From Candidatus Saccharimonadota bacterium (lineage in GTDB: Bacteria > Patescibacteriota > Gracilibacteria > BD1-5 > UBA6164): a DNA stretch of 32,000 nt. Both the position numbers and the translations under genes were made by a program. Where the stretch lies: assembly GCA_004563595.2 (NCBI GenBank), contig CP042461.1, positions 120,001-152,000 on the forward strand. Reading direction: 5' to 3'. Shown here piece by piece: positions 10,248-20,017 of this stretch (the stretch's first letter is position 1; each line of letters starts with the position of its first letter). Below the pieces are notes generated by a model, which saw only the letters and a list, made by a program, of their open reading frames with translations, did no database searches and was not told the DNA's origin.

Positions 10248-11387
10248 ATGGTTTGAAAAATTCTAAAACTTATGTTTACCAGAGGACTTTCAATGAAAAG
10301 GTGGAATAATTTTCCACGTATTGAAGATGTAAGTCACTTGGATAATATTTGATACAAAGTACACATTGCATTGTTTTTAGCATATTTAGAAGAAAAAAAT
10401 TGAACTTCAGTTGATAGAGAGTTTTTAATAAAAAGAATTATTTTTAATTCATTTAGATGACTGGTAATCTCAGATATTCATTCGTGAACAAGAGATTATA
10501 TAATGGAGATTGATAGTGATATTTTTTCAGAAATTGAGAAAAAGGCATATATAGCTATTTTTGAAAAAGAAGCTCCGTCACATATAAAGGAGGATATGGA
10601 AAATACGATAAATGATAACTCAAAAACAATAGAGCTAGATATTATTTTTGCAGCAAAGAAATATGCTGCGTATAGAGAGTGTCTTGTAAATGAAAAAGTA
10701 TATTCAGATATGTATGAAGTTCCTTTAAAATGACTTATCATCTCACTTGAAAAACAAAGAAAGAAATTGAAAAGTCTCGATATTCTCTTAGGAAATGATA
10801 ATTATATAAAATTTTTATCACATATTAGAAGGCTCTCACATTCTCTGAGATGGAATCAAGAAAAAAGAATGTTTCCTGTATCTGTTATGTCTCACTTAGT
10901 TATTATAACTTTTATTTCATATGTATTATGAAAGATTGAGAATGATAATGGAGGAAATTATAATATTCTTGAACTCATGTTAAAATCAATTTATCATGAT
11001 ATTCCAGAGGCTATTACATGAGATATTATAACTCCAACAAAAAAATCAGTTTCATGATTTGAAGAGGTTTTAGAAAGAGTAGAAATAAAAATGATGGATG
11101 ATTATCTTTTTTATTATGTGGAGGATGATTATAAAGAACTTGTAAGCGATTATATGTTGCAGCCATTTGAGGGCGATCATGGAGTTTTATCAAAAAAAGC
11201 AGATATATTAAGTGCATTATTTGAAGCAAAGGTAGAAGTAAATAATGGGGCTACAAATTTTTATGATATATATAGAAAAATTAAAAAGAAAGTAAATTCA
11301 TTTGATTCAGTAAGTGTTGATTACTTCGTAAGAGATGCTCTTGATAGTTTTGATGATGTTTCAGACGATATTAATTTAAACAACTAA
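10248..11387 (+). CDS. HD-domain phosphohydrolase (YfbR-like 5'-nucleotidase family, with insertions; 379 aa)
   Basis: LKRWNNFPRIEDVSHLDNIGYKVHIA..., VSVMSHLV and IYHDIPEAITGDIITP (H...HD...D metal-binding pattern). Confidence 0.65.
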
Positions 11388-11389
11388 AA

Positions 11390-12175
11390 ATGAAAACCTA
11401 CGATAAGTTTTTAAAATACTACGATGAGATTGTGAGAGGAGTGAATAGTCCTCTAGAAGAAGAAGTAGAATTTTTAATAGAAGATGTTATAAATGAACAT
11501 AAGCCAGATACAAAAAACATTTTAGAAACAGCTTGTTGAACTGGAGTGATAGCACGTGAAATTATTAAAAAATGATACTCAGTTACGTGACTTGATATGA
11601 GTGAGAATATGTTGAAAATGGCAGAAGTGAATCTAAAAACCTCACCCCTAACCCCTCTCCTTCGGAGGAGAGGGGGAGGACAAAAAAAAGATGCCGGACT
11701 TGTACTGGCTGATATGACAGATTTTGATCTTGAGGAAACTTTTGATACGGTGTTGTGTAATTATAATTCTATTTGTCATTTATTGAAATGGGAAGATTGG
11801 GTGAAATTTATTGAGATGGCAAATAAACATTTAGAAAAAGATGGATTATTCGTATTTGATATTAATACGCTCTATGAATTTGAAAATATAACAAAAGACT
11901 TTGCCCAATTTTATACATTTTGAGATGATAATGTGTGTTTAGAAATGTTTAAAGTTGGATGATATTTTGAGTGGCTTGTGAAGATATATGAGAAATCTGA
12001 TGATGGAAGATTTGATCTTACTACTGAAGTAGTGAGAGAAAATAGTTTCCCAATTTCTAAAATAGAAAAAGAATTGAAACAACAAGGGTTTAAAGTTCTT
12101 GAAAAAATAGATTATCATTATGGAGAAGTAACTGCAAAAAGTGAAAGGGTATACTTTATTTGTAAAAAGAAGTAA
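11390..12175 (+). CDS. class I SAM-dependent methyltransferase (261 aa)
   Basis: Motif I ILETACGTGVIAREI, and GLDMSENML. The post-I region is interrupted by the repeat-encoded TSPLTPLLRRRGGGQKK, then LADMTDF and a C-terminal dimerisation-like region. Confidence 0.8.
11636..11689 (+). repeat. 54-bp hairpin element inserted in frame in the methyltransferase gene
   Basis: aaaACCTCACCCctaaCCCCTCTCCTtcggAGGAGAGGGGgaggacaaaaaaaa. It has a perfect 10-bp G+C-rich stem (11652-11661 / 11666-11675) in an otherwise AT-rich gene. Confidence 0.75.
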
Positions 12176-12254
12176 ATTCGAGACTATTGCTTTATAAAAA
12201 TGTATCAGTATAGTTAAATCACATAAAATTTATTTTTCATAAATGTAAGGAGGT

Positions 12255-12533
12255 ATGAAAAATTGAAACAAAGCACCGAGTGGGTGTAGTTTATTAGATG
12301 GAGCAGTAAAATTTGAAGAAGCATCAAGGGAAGATAACATAATGTCATTGTCTTCACTATGAGATATATACTATGAATTAAGACTTTATACTCTTGCGAG
12401 AATATTTTACTTAGGAGCTCTCGGGGTTCATCGAGAGGGAAAAAAAGATGATTTAAGTATTTGTTTCGTGAAAGAGATGAATTTGAAAATAAAGGATGTA
12501 GAAAAAATACTAGCAGATGAAAAAACAATATAA
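12255..12533 (+). CDS. hypothetical protein (92 aa)
   Basis: A strong SD (AAGGAGG) lies 5 nt upstream of the ATG. The ORF is open under table 25. No family was recognised. Confidence 0.45.
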
Positions 12534-12554
12534 CAAATTAATAATAAAAAACAC

Positions 12555-13664
12555 ATGCAAAAATACGTCCTATCAACCATTATGGGAGTTGAATCAATAG
12601 CAAAAAAAGAAATAGAAAGACAAGGCTGAGTTATAGAGGAAGTAGTAGATAGACTCATTACTTTTTCATGAGAAATAGAATTAATTCCAAGGGTAAACTT
12701 TTGGTCAAGAGTAGGGAACAAAATGTACATGTTATTAGCTGAGGCTGATAATATTGATAATTTTGATAGTTTGTTTGATGTAGTAAACTCGATCCATTGG
12801 AAAAAGTATTTTAAAAAAGATTTTCCAATTTTAGTAAAAGCTACTTCTTTGAGATCAGAGCTTACAGCTATTCCAACAATTCAATGAGTTTCTAAGAAAG
12901 CTATTGTTAAGTCTTTAACGGGAGGTTCAGGAGATCATGTAAATGAGGATAGAGATCTAGAAAAAATGGATATTTTAATCTTGCTTATTGATAATAAAGT
13001 CAGAGTTCTATTAAATACTTCGTGAAAAGCTCTTCATATGAGAGGTTATAGAGAGGAAGCTTGAGAGGCTCCAATAAAAGAGTCTCTTGCTGCAGCATGT
13101 ATTTTGTTATCAAATTGGAGATTTAAAGAGGCCTTTTATGATCCTTTTTGTGGAAGTGGAACATTTGCTATTGAGGCACTTATGATAGCAAGAAATATTG
13201 CTCCATGACTGAGGAGAAAATTTGCCTTTGAAGGTTTACAACTTATAGACTGGGAAACTTCTGAAAATGAAAGGGCACTTGCAAGAAAAAAACGTTTTGA
13301 ATGAGAGTATAAAATATATGCTTCAGATATTGATCCAGAAATGATTAAAATTGCAGAAGCAAATACCGCAAGAGCAGGACAAGAATGAAGGATAGATTTT
13401 CAAGTGAAAGACTTTAAAGCTTTTGTAGAACCAGGACTTCCATGAACTATAGTCACAAACCCTCCGTATAATCAAAGGTTAAAAGATGATAATATTGATA
13501 GTTTATATAAACATATTGATAAGTTATTTAGAATAAACCCAGAGTTAAAATGATGAGCTATTACCAGTTATACAGATTTTGATAATCTCATAAAACTTTC
13601 AGAGTATAAAAAGAGAAAGTTATATAATGGTGGAGAGTTATGTTACTTTTATAGAAGAAAATAG
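12555..13664 (+). CDS. THUMP-domain class I SAM-dependent RNA methyltransferase (RlmL/YpsC-like, 369 aa)
   Basis: THUMP-like N-terminus. [17 protein letters not shown], motif [16 protein letters not shown], catalytic [12 protein letters not shown]. Confidence 0.85.
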
Positions 13665-13690
13665 TTTTATATTTTAATGTCTTAAGTATT

Positions 13691-13909
13691 ATGGGTGATA
13701 AAAAAACGCAAAATTCTCATTTGAGCGTAGTTGAAAATACACAAGAGGAAGCTCAAGAAATGTTTCCGGATGATACATTCGAAATTCAAGAAAAAAAGAG
13801 AGCAATATTCGATCGTACAGTTGAGAATTTTCTTAACGTTATGAGTAATGAAGGATTTTCTTCTCAAACTTTATGAGAAAAATTGGAGGAAGAAGAATGG
13901 AATAAATAG
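13691..13909 (+). CDS. hypothetical small acidic protein (72 aa)
   Basis: The ORF-track entry 13691..13876 extends through one TGA to a TAG at 13907-13909. No family was recognised. Confidence 0.35.
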
Positions 13910-13960
13910 ACGTTATTTGTAAAAGTGCCAAAAAATTAAGTAAAAAGATAAAAAATAGAA

Positions 13961-13995
13961 AAAGGCCAGTACGATGAGTACGGCCTTTTTGTTTT
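13961..13995. terminator. bidirectional intrinsic terminator at the left edge of the pyrC island
   Basis: aaaGGCCaGTACgatgaGTACGGCCtttttgtttttt: a G+C-rich stem with A/T runs on both sides, between convergent genes. Confidence 0.6.
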
Positions 13996-14011
13996 TTCAT
14001 TTTTTTCTCCT

Positions 14012-15052
14012 TTAATTGTTGACAATGGACCATTCCAATTTTTCACCATGCATTAATGGTATAAGTATATCTTCGTCATTTTCTGAAAAACGATATTCTT
14101 TGGGGACGGTCATTGGGGTTTTTTCTAAAGTAATTGTTTGTGTATTTGTTTCTAATCCATAAAAGTTAGCACCACTTATACTTGCAAATGTTTCTAACTT
14201 ATCTAATGCATCAACCGAATCAAATACTTGAGCATACATTTGTAATGCACTGAGTCCTGTAAAGCAACCAGCACAACCACAGGTGGATATTTTTTTATTT
14301 TTTAGGTGGGGAGCTGAGTCTGTTCCCAAGAAAAATTTACTATTTCCACTGGTAGCAGCTTTGATTAAAGCTTCTTGATCAGTGTCTTTTTTTAATATTG
14401 GAAGACAATATAGGTGGGGTTTAATTCCTCCTACTAACATGTCATTCCCATTAAATAAAAGATGCTGGGGTGTAATAGTAGCACCGATTTTACCTTTTGC
14501 ATTTAAGACATATTCAACGGCTTCTTTTGTTGTTATATGTTCAAGTACAATTGGTAATTCTGGAAACTCTTCCCTTAAAGGTTTAAGAACTTCTGAAATG
14601 AAACCAGCTTCTCTATCAAAAATCCACCCATGTGTTACTTCTCCATGTAGACAGAGAGTCATTCCATGTTTTTGCATTTCATCCAGTACAGGATATATTT
14701 CTTTTATATCTGTTACTCCTGCGTCAGAATTTGTTGTTGCTCCAGCTGGGTACAGTTTTGCAGCGAGAATAGATTGGATTTTTGCAGCTTTTCGAATTTC
14801 ACTTACCGTTGTCTGATCTGTAAGATACAGAGTCATATACGGTGTAAAATAATCATTAGAAGTTGCCCTCATTACTCGATTTTTATAATCAAGAGCTTGA
14901 TTCACTGTTGTAATGGGTGGGATTAGATTTGGCATTACCAGAGCTCTTCCAAAGGTCTGAGCCGTTATTGGTGCGACTTCATTTAATAAGTCACCATCTC
15001 TAAAATGTACATGCCAATCATCAGGTTGTATAATCGTAATTTGCTTAGACAT
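14012..15052 (-). CDS. pyrC: dihydroorotase, type II (E. coli PyrC-like homodimeric class, 346 aa)
   Basis: Intact in the standard-code track. IIQPDDWHVHFRDGD (metal-binding HxH), RALVMPNLIPPITT, AAKLYPAGATTNS (the carboxylated Lys would be in KLYP), CLHGE, LEHITT, FLGTDSAPH. SD AAGGAG upstream. No TGA codon. Confidence 0.95.
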   Translation of the reverse strand: MSKQITIIQPDDWHVHFRDGDLLNEVAPITAQTFGRALVMPNLIPPITTVNQALDYKNRVMRATSNDYFTPYMTLYLTDQTTVSEIRKAAKIQSILAAKLYPAGATTNSDAGVTDIKEIYPVLDEMQKHGMTLCLHGEVTHGWIFDREAGFISEVLKPLREEFPELPIVLEHITTKEAVEYVLNAKGKIGATITPQHLLFNGNDMLVGGIKPHLYCLPILKKDTDQEALIKAATSGNSKFFLGTDSAPHLKNKKISTCGCAGCFTGLSALQMYAQVFDSVDALDKLETFASISGANFYGLETNTQTITLEKTPMTVPKEYRFSENDEDILIPLMHGEKLEWSIVNN

Positions 15053-15064
15053 TTCTGTCTCCTT

Positions 15065-16015
15065 TTAAGAAAGTTCTAAAATTGATTTTATTAACCAGGG
15101 CCTGAGCATAAAAACAGTACCAATTGCAATTGCATCAGCGTATTTTTGTAGCTCAATTGCTGCACTTTTTGATTGGACTCCATTTCCAGCAATAATAGGG
15201 AGTGTAATACCTTTGTTCTTTGCCTCCTTAACCGTTTCAATTACATATGGTAAAACTAAGTGACTACTTAATCCTCCTGCTTGTTTAAGACCTCGTTTTA
15301 AGAGAGGAGATGTATCATCAAAAATTGACCAATCAATTGGTTTTTCAAATTTATGATGAGCTTGTTCAGATTGAGTTCCATATGGAACTGTATTTGCAAT
15401 CCAAAAAGCATCAGCTAAACCTTTATCCTGAATCTCTTTTAAAAGTTGAATAGGAACAAATGGGTTAAAATTTGCCACTAATGGAACTTTCGTAAGTTTT
15501 CTTGCTTCTTCAAGCATTGGTATTACCATTTTTAAAAAAGCTTGTGGGTCTTGACCTGTATTTGGGCAAGCGAAGTTAATTTGGAGAGCAAAACTATTGT
15601 TCAAAACAGAAATTGCTTTACAAAAATAACGTAACTCTTCCAGTTTTTTTTCTAGGTCTGGTTCGATAGACATAAAGGAAAGAAAATAATTATCTTTTCT
15701 TTTTTGCCACATCATTTGATCCATAGACCAGTCAATACCTTTATTGGTAAGTCCGACTGCATTTATAACATGACCACCAAAGAAATCCACATATACACAT
15801 TTTGGAAGTATATGTAAAGGAGTTATATGGTCTTTTCTCATAGGCATATTTCCTTTTCTCTCATAAGCTGTTACTGTTTTTGCAGCAAAAGCTATATCAG
15901 AAGAATAACCAGGTACAAACTGCAGTAATTTATGGAAGGGATATCCTTCACCAAAAAAACCGAATGTTCCAGGAGCACATATGACTCTTGGGAAATCTAA
16001 GTTTCCTATTCTCAT
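15065..16015 (-). CDS. pyrD: dihydroorotate dehydrogenase-like FMN TIM-barrel protein (class-1-like, divergent; 316 aa)
   Basis: Intact in the standard-code track. By-eye alignment to class 1 DHODH: AAKTVTAYERKGN, INAVGLTNKGID, LQINFACPNTG (catalytic Cys motif SCPN-like), GGLSS, PIIAGNGVQS...AIAIGTV. SD GGAGG. No TGA codon. Confidence 0.65.
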   Translation of the reverse strand: MRIGNLDFPRVICAPGTFGFFGEGYPFHKLLQFVPGYSSDIAFAAKTVTAYERKGNMPMRKDHITPLHILPKCVYVDFFGGHVINAVGLTNKGIDWSMDQMMWQKRKDNYFLSFMSIEPDLEKKLEELRYFCKAISVLNNSFALQINFACPNTGQDPQAFLKMVIPMLEEARKLTKVPLVANFNPFVPIQLLKEIQDKGLADAFWIANTVPYGTQSEQAHHKFEKPIDWSIFDDTSPLLKRGLKQAGGLSSHLVLPYVIETVKEAKNKGITLPIIAGNGVQSKSAAIELQKYADAIAIGTVFMLRPWLIKSILELS

Positions 16016-16105
16016 TTTCTTACCTCCATAATATTAATGAAATTTGAATAGGGTACTTTTATATATTAAAACATATAAAAGTCAATATTATTTCTTTTTG
16101 TTCTT

Positions 16106-16136
16106 TTGATTGCAAAAAACATAATCTCACTATAAT
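16106..16136 (+). promoter_or_regulatory. candidate sigma-70-type promoter for tsaD
   Basis: TTGATT (16106-16111), a 19-nt spacer, then TATAAT (16131-16136), about 30 nt upstream of the tsaD ATG. The spacer is longer than optimal. Confidence 0.3.
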
Positions 16137-16166
16137 ATCAGGGAAAACAATTTAATATAAATAAAT

Positions 16167-17213
16167 ATGAAAATACTTGCATTTGAGACATCTTGTGATG
16201 ATACATCTATAGCAATTTTTGAGGATGAGAGACTACTTGCTATGAATACTGATAGTCAGATCAAAATTCATAATAAGACCTGATGAGTAGTTCCTGAGGT
16301 AGCTGCACGTGAACATGCAAATGTTATTTTTGATGTGCTTACTCAAACCCTAGAGGATGCGAATACAAAACTTGAAGATATTGATTATATAGGAGTGACT
16401 ACAAATCCTGGATTACTCCCTTCGCTGTTAACAGGAACCACGGTTGCTTCCACTATTTCAACAGTTTTACAAACAAAAATAATACCAATAAATCATATAG
16501 AGGCTCATATATTTGCAAATTTTCTTGAGAGAAAAGAGAGTGAGATAGAGTTTCCATTGGTATGTTTAACGGTGTCGGGAGGTCATAATGATATGTATTC
16601 TATGAAATCGATGTGGGATTTAGAAAAAATCTGAAGCTCATGAGATGATGCGTGAGGTGAAGCTTTTGATAAGGTAGCAAAAATGATGGGGTTATGATAT
16701 CCTGGAGGGCCGATTGTGAGTCAGTTGTCGGAAGAGTATGAGAAAACCTCACCCACAACCCTTCTCCTGTCAGGAGAGGGGAGTAAGAAAAAAAGTTTAT
16801 TCCCTCGTGTTTGGCTTGTAAAAAAAGAACATAATTTTTCTTTTTCTGGACTGAAAAGTGCGGTAAAAAGAGAAGTTGATAAAAGAATAGCAGAAAAGTG
16901 AGAATTATCTGACTTGGATAAAAGAGAGATTTCATATGAATTTGAAACAGCAGTTGTAGAGGTGCTGGCTTATAAGCTAGTTCAGGCTGCAAAACAAAAA
17001 TGAGTGGAAACGGTTATGTTAGCAGGGTGAGTAAGTGCAAATAATAGGTTGAAAGATCAGATAGAAACACTTTGTAATAAAGAATGATTAGAATTTATAT
17101 ATCCTAAAAAACTTGTATACTGTATGGATAATGCAGCGATGGTAGGAATAAACACTTATTACCGTGTGAAATACTGAGAGTTTGAAGATAAAATATGAGT
17201 TGTGAAATTATAA
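16167..17213 (+). CDS. tsaD: tRNA N6-adenosine threonylcarbamoyltransferase TsaD (348 aa)
   Basis: [31 protein letters not shown] (GG encoded by TGA TGA at 16281-16286), [60 protein letters not shown]. Confidence 0.94.
16743..16796 (+). repeat. 54-bp hairpin element inserted in frame in tsaD
   Basis: aaaACCTCACCCacaaCCCTTCTCCTGtCAGGAGAGGGGagtaagaaaaaaag encodes [17 protein letters not shown]. It sits in the loop between the GYPGGP motif and the FSFSG motif. Confidence 0.75.
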
Positions 17214-17248
17214 GAAAAGATCCTGAGCTATGCTCAGGATCTTTTTAT
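17214..17248. terminator. bidirectional intrinsic terminator between tsaD and the convergent gene
   Basis: aaaaGATCCTGAGCtatGCTCAGGATCtttttattt: a 10-bp perfect stem flanked by an A-run and a T-run. Confidence 0.7.
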
Positions 17249-17252
17249 TTAC

Positions 17253-17807
17253 CTATTGTGATATTATTTTATAATCTCTCATAAATCTATTCAAGGCCTC
17301 TTCTATCAGAGGATTTCATTCTGTATATTTTACTATTTTTTTTATTGTATCTTGGAATGATTCAGTGTATTTTGGGTTATGAAAATTATTAATAGATCAT
17401 TTTGTATTTGTGAGCAAGTAATATGCTATTTTTATAGTAATCTCTTCGAGTTCTTTATTGGTATATAGATCTCAATTCATTCCTATTTCATTTAATATAA
17501 ATTGTGTATTAGTGAGATTAAGAGCAGTCCATTTTTTTGGATTTAGGTATATGTCTTTTGTAGAAGTGTGAAGAGGTAGGGCTTCAAAAAAATTTCCGTT
17601 AGATCCTAATATTCTTTCATATGCATATGTAATATCGATAATTTCTGTTTCTCATAGTTCGTTTGCTGGTTTGAAGTTAGAAGCATTCAATATTCATAAT
17701 GCTTGATTATGACTGTCTCACACTTGAGAACTAATTTGTCCAGTATAATTTGTATTTTTTTCTACTTGCCAAGTAGGTGTATTAGTCTGTTGTTCTGTAG
17801 AAGTCAT
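17253..17807 (-). CDS. hypothetical protein (184 aa)
   Basis: Open under table 25; in-frame TAA/TAG were excluded by position arithmetic. MTSTEQQTNTPTWQVEKNTNYTGQISSQVGDSHNQALG.... No family was recognised. Confidence 0.5.
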
Positions 17808-17888
17808 TTTTTTGTTTAAAAATAAATTCCGTATATTCTATCTATGAAATAGATAATGTCAATACCTTCAATATGTTTAGTGTATTTT

Positions 17889-18500
17889 TTATTTAATACC
17901 TAATTTTTGTTTAATTTTCAAATTATCATGCAGGAATATATTTCCATGCTCGGTTAATATATTTTTGATGAGTTTATCTCAGAATTCAAGCCTAGAGTAG
18001 AAGTCTTCTGTTGAGATAATTGCATATTTGACTTTTCTTCCATAAAATACTCAGGCAAGAAAGCCGTTAAAATCATCTTTATCTATTTCTCATATTAAGA
18101 AAATATCTAAAATATTTTTTCAGCTTTTTATGAGTTTATATTTAATTGATTCATTGATGATGACAAGCTCTAGCTCAGTTTTATCTTTGAAATAATCTTT
18201 TAGCTTGTTCATAGGATTATATATCTTTAGAAATACTCCCATGAATTCATCTATGAGGATGAATCTTTCATTCAAGAAAAATATTTTCTTTTTTAAATCC
18301 ATTTTATGTTTGAGTATTCAGAGCTCAGTGAGATTATCAAGCTCTCTCTTTACTGAATTAATTTGCTCTCAAAGCTCTCTAGAGAGACCTCTCATGTGAA
18401 AACCTTTATTATTTCCTGATTCATATTCAAGAAAAAACTTCTCTAAAAGCTTTGTCCTGCACTTTGATCAAAGAATTTTTGAAATATCAAAAGTTTTCAT
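17889..18500 (-). CDS. winged-helix (ArsR-like) DNA-binding protein with uncharacterised C-terminal domain (203 aa)
   Basis: KCRTKLLEKFFLEYESGNNKGFHMRGLSRELGEQINSVKRELDNLTELGILKHK is a typical wHTH. Frame verified by position arithmetic. Confidence 0.55.
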
Positions 18501-18578
18501 TATCGTTTATTATTTCTTGTATAAAATATTTATTTACTCGAAATGTATCATAATAATGGGAAAAATCAAATATTTTTA

Positions 18579-18606
18579 TTGATTTAATCATTTGGCTGTG
18601 TATAAT
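18579..18606 (+). promoter_or_regulatory. candidate sigma-70-type promoter for tyrS
   Basis: TTGATT (18579-18584), a 16-nt spacer, then TATAAT (18601-18606), 34 nt upstream of the tyrS ATG. Confidence 0.4.
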
Positions 18607-18639
18607 TTTGGCAATATTTAAAATGATTAGTAAAATAAT

Positions 18640-19920
18640 ATGAAAAAACTACAACAAGAGTTAGAAGATAGAGGTTTGTTATACCAAATTTCGAGTGATG
18701 AATTATTTGATACTTTTGATAAGTGAGAATGAAAATTTTATTGTGGGTTTGATCCAACAGCAGACTCATTACACTTGGGGAATTTTATAGGTTTTATGGT
18801 GGGGGTTCACCTTATGAGAAGGGGGAATAAGTATACTGCACTCACTTGATGAGCAACAGGAATGATTTGAGATCCAGGTGGAAAAGATGCAGAGAGAACT
18901 TTTTTATCAGTAGAAGATCTTGAAAACAATCAAAAAAGTATTTCAACTCAAATTTCAAGTATTTTGAAAAACCTTCAAGAATTTAGTGGAGACAGTTTTG
19001 CATTTGATTTTGTGAATAATAAAGATTTTTACACAGGTATGTGATATCTTGATTTTTTAAGAGAGGTTGGGAAATATATCACTATTAATAATATGATAGC
19101 AAAAGATACGGTGAAAAAAAGAGTGGAAGATCCAAGTCAATCTATCTCATATACGGAGTTTTCATATATGTTATTACAAGGGTATGATTTTGTAAGGCTT
19201 TTTAAAGATAAATGAGTAACACTTCAAATAGGAGGGCAAGATCAATGGGGGAACTTAGTAACAGGGACAGAGCTGATCAGAAAAAAATATGATTGAGAAG
19301 CAAATGTATTAACCTGGCCTCTTATTACTGATGCTACAGGAAGAAAATTTGGAAAATCTGAATGAAATGCAATCTGGCTTGATAAAGATAAAACATCTCC
19401 ATATGAAATTTATCAGTATTTTATGAATACCTCAGATAATGATATAGAGAAATATCTAAAAATGCTCACACTTATAGAAACAGAAGAAATTGATAGAATT
19501 GTAGAAAATCATCTTGAAGATCCCGAAAAAAGATGAGGTCAAAAACTTCTTGCATATAGAGTGGTTGAGATTATTCATGGGGCTACAGAAGCTGATTTAG
19601 CAAGAAAGATATCAGACTTTATGTTTGGATGAGTTGATAAAATAGAAATACTCAAAGACTTAACAGAAGAAGAAGGGTATACATTTAAGAAATCAATGTG
19701 AGGATTTAAATATAAATCAGAAAACTTATTTGAATCTATAGTAACTTCATGACTTGCAAAGTCTAACTCAGAAGCAAGACAAGCAGTTCAGTCATGAGCT
19801 ATTCACATAAATGAAGAAAAAATTTCAGATTTTAATCATGATTTTTCAGGTGACTTTATCCAAGATAGAATACTTCTTTTGAGAAAAGGGAAGAAAAACT
19901 TTAGGATATTGTTGAAGTAA
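18640..19920 (+). CDS. tyrS: tyrosine--tRNA ligase (426 aa)
   Basis: [15 protein letters not shown] (HIGH-type motif), [40 protein letters not shown] (KMSKS-type motif), and a C-terminal S4-like domain ([21 protein letters not shown]). Confidence 0.95.
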
Positions 19921-19932
19921 GATTTTTCTCTT

Positions 19933-19988
19933 GAAATGAGACCTCTCACTTGAATTCTCTCTCCTTGTCAGGAGAAAGAGGCTGCATG
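19933..19988 (+). repeat. repeat A: palindromic element copy 5' of the DUF559 gene
   Basis: gaaatGAGACCTCTCACTTGAATTCTCTCTCCTTGTCAGGAGAAAGAGGCTGCatgg. It is an inverted match to 20381-20430 and a direct match at both ends to 20475-20553. Confidence 0.8.
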
Positions 19989-20017
19989 GTTAGGTTTGTT
20001 ATTTAAAATCAAAAAAA

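Noticed and set aside
14382-14926. Plus-strand ORFs 14382-14816 (144 aa) and 14666-14926 (86 aa).
   Set aside because: They are antisense to the clearly conserved pyrC coding sequence. The translations are Cys/Ser/Phe-rich nonsense typical of shadow frames.
13910-16140. Integrase, transposase, tRNA attachment site or direct repeats flanking the pyrC/pyrD-like island.
   Set aside because: None was found. The flanks contain only a terminator (left) and a short inverted repeat (right). No mobile-element call is made, and the horizontal-transfer inference rests only on codon and composition evidence.
16600-16992. Minus-strand 130-aa ORF antisense to tsaD.
   Set aside because: It lies wholly inside tsaD. 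It is kept open partly by the palindromic element, whose antisense reads ..[11 protein letters not shown]... It has no independent support.
18501-18639. A T-box riboswitch leader upstream of tyrS.
   Set aside because: The gap is only 139 bp, and the candidate promoter leaves a leader of about 30 nt. That is too short for a T-box, and no specifier or antiterminator structure was seen.
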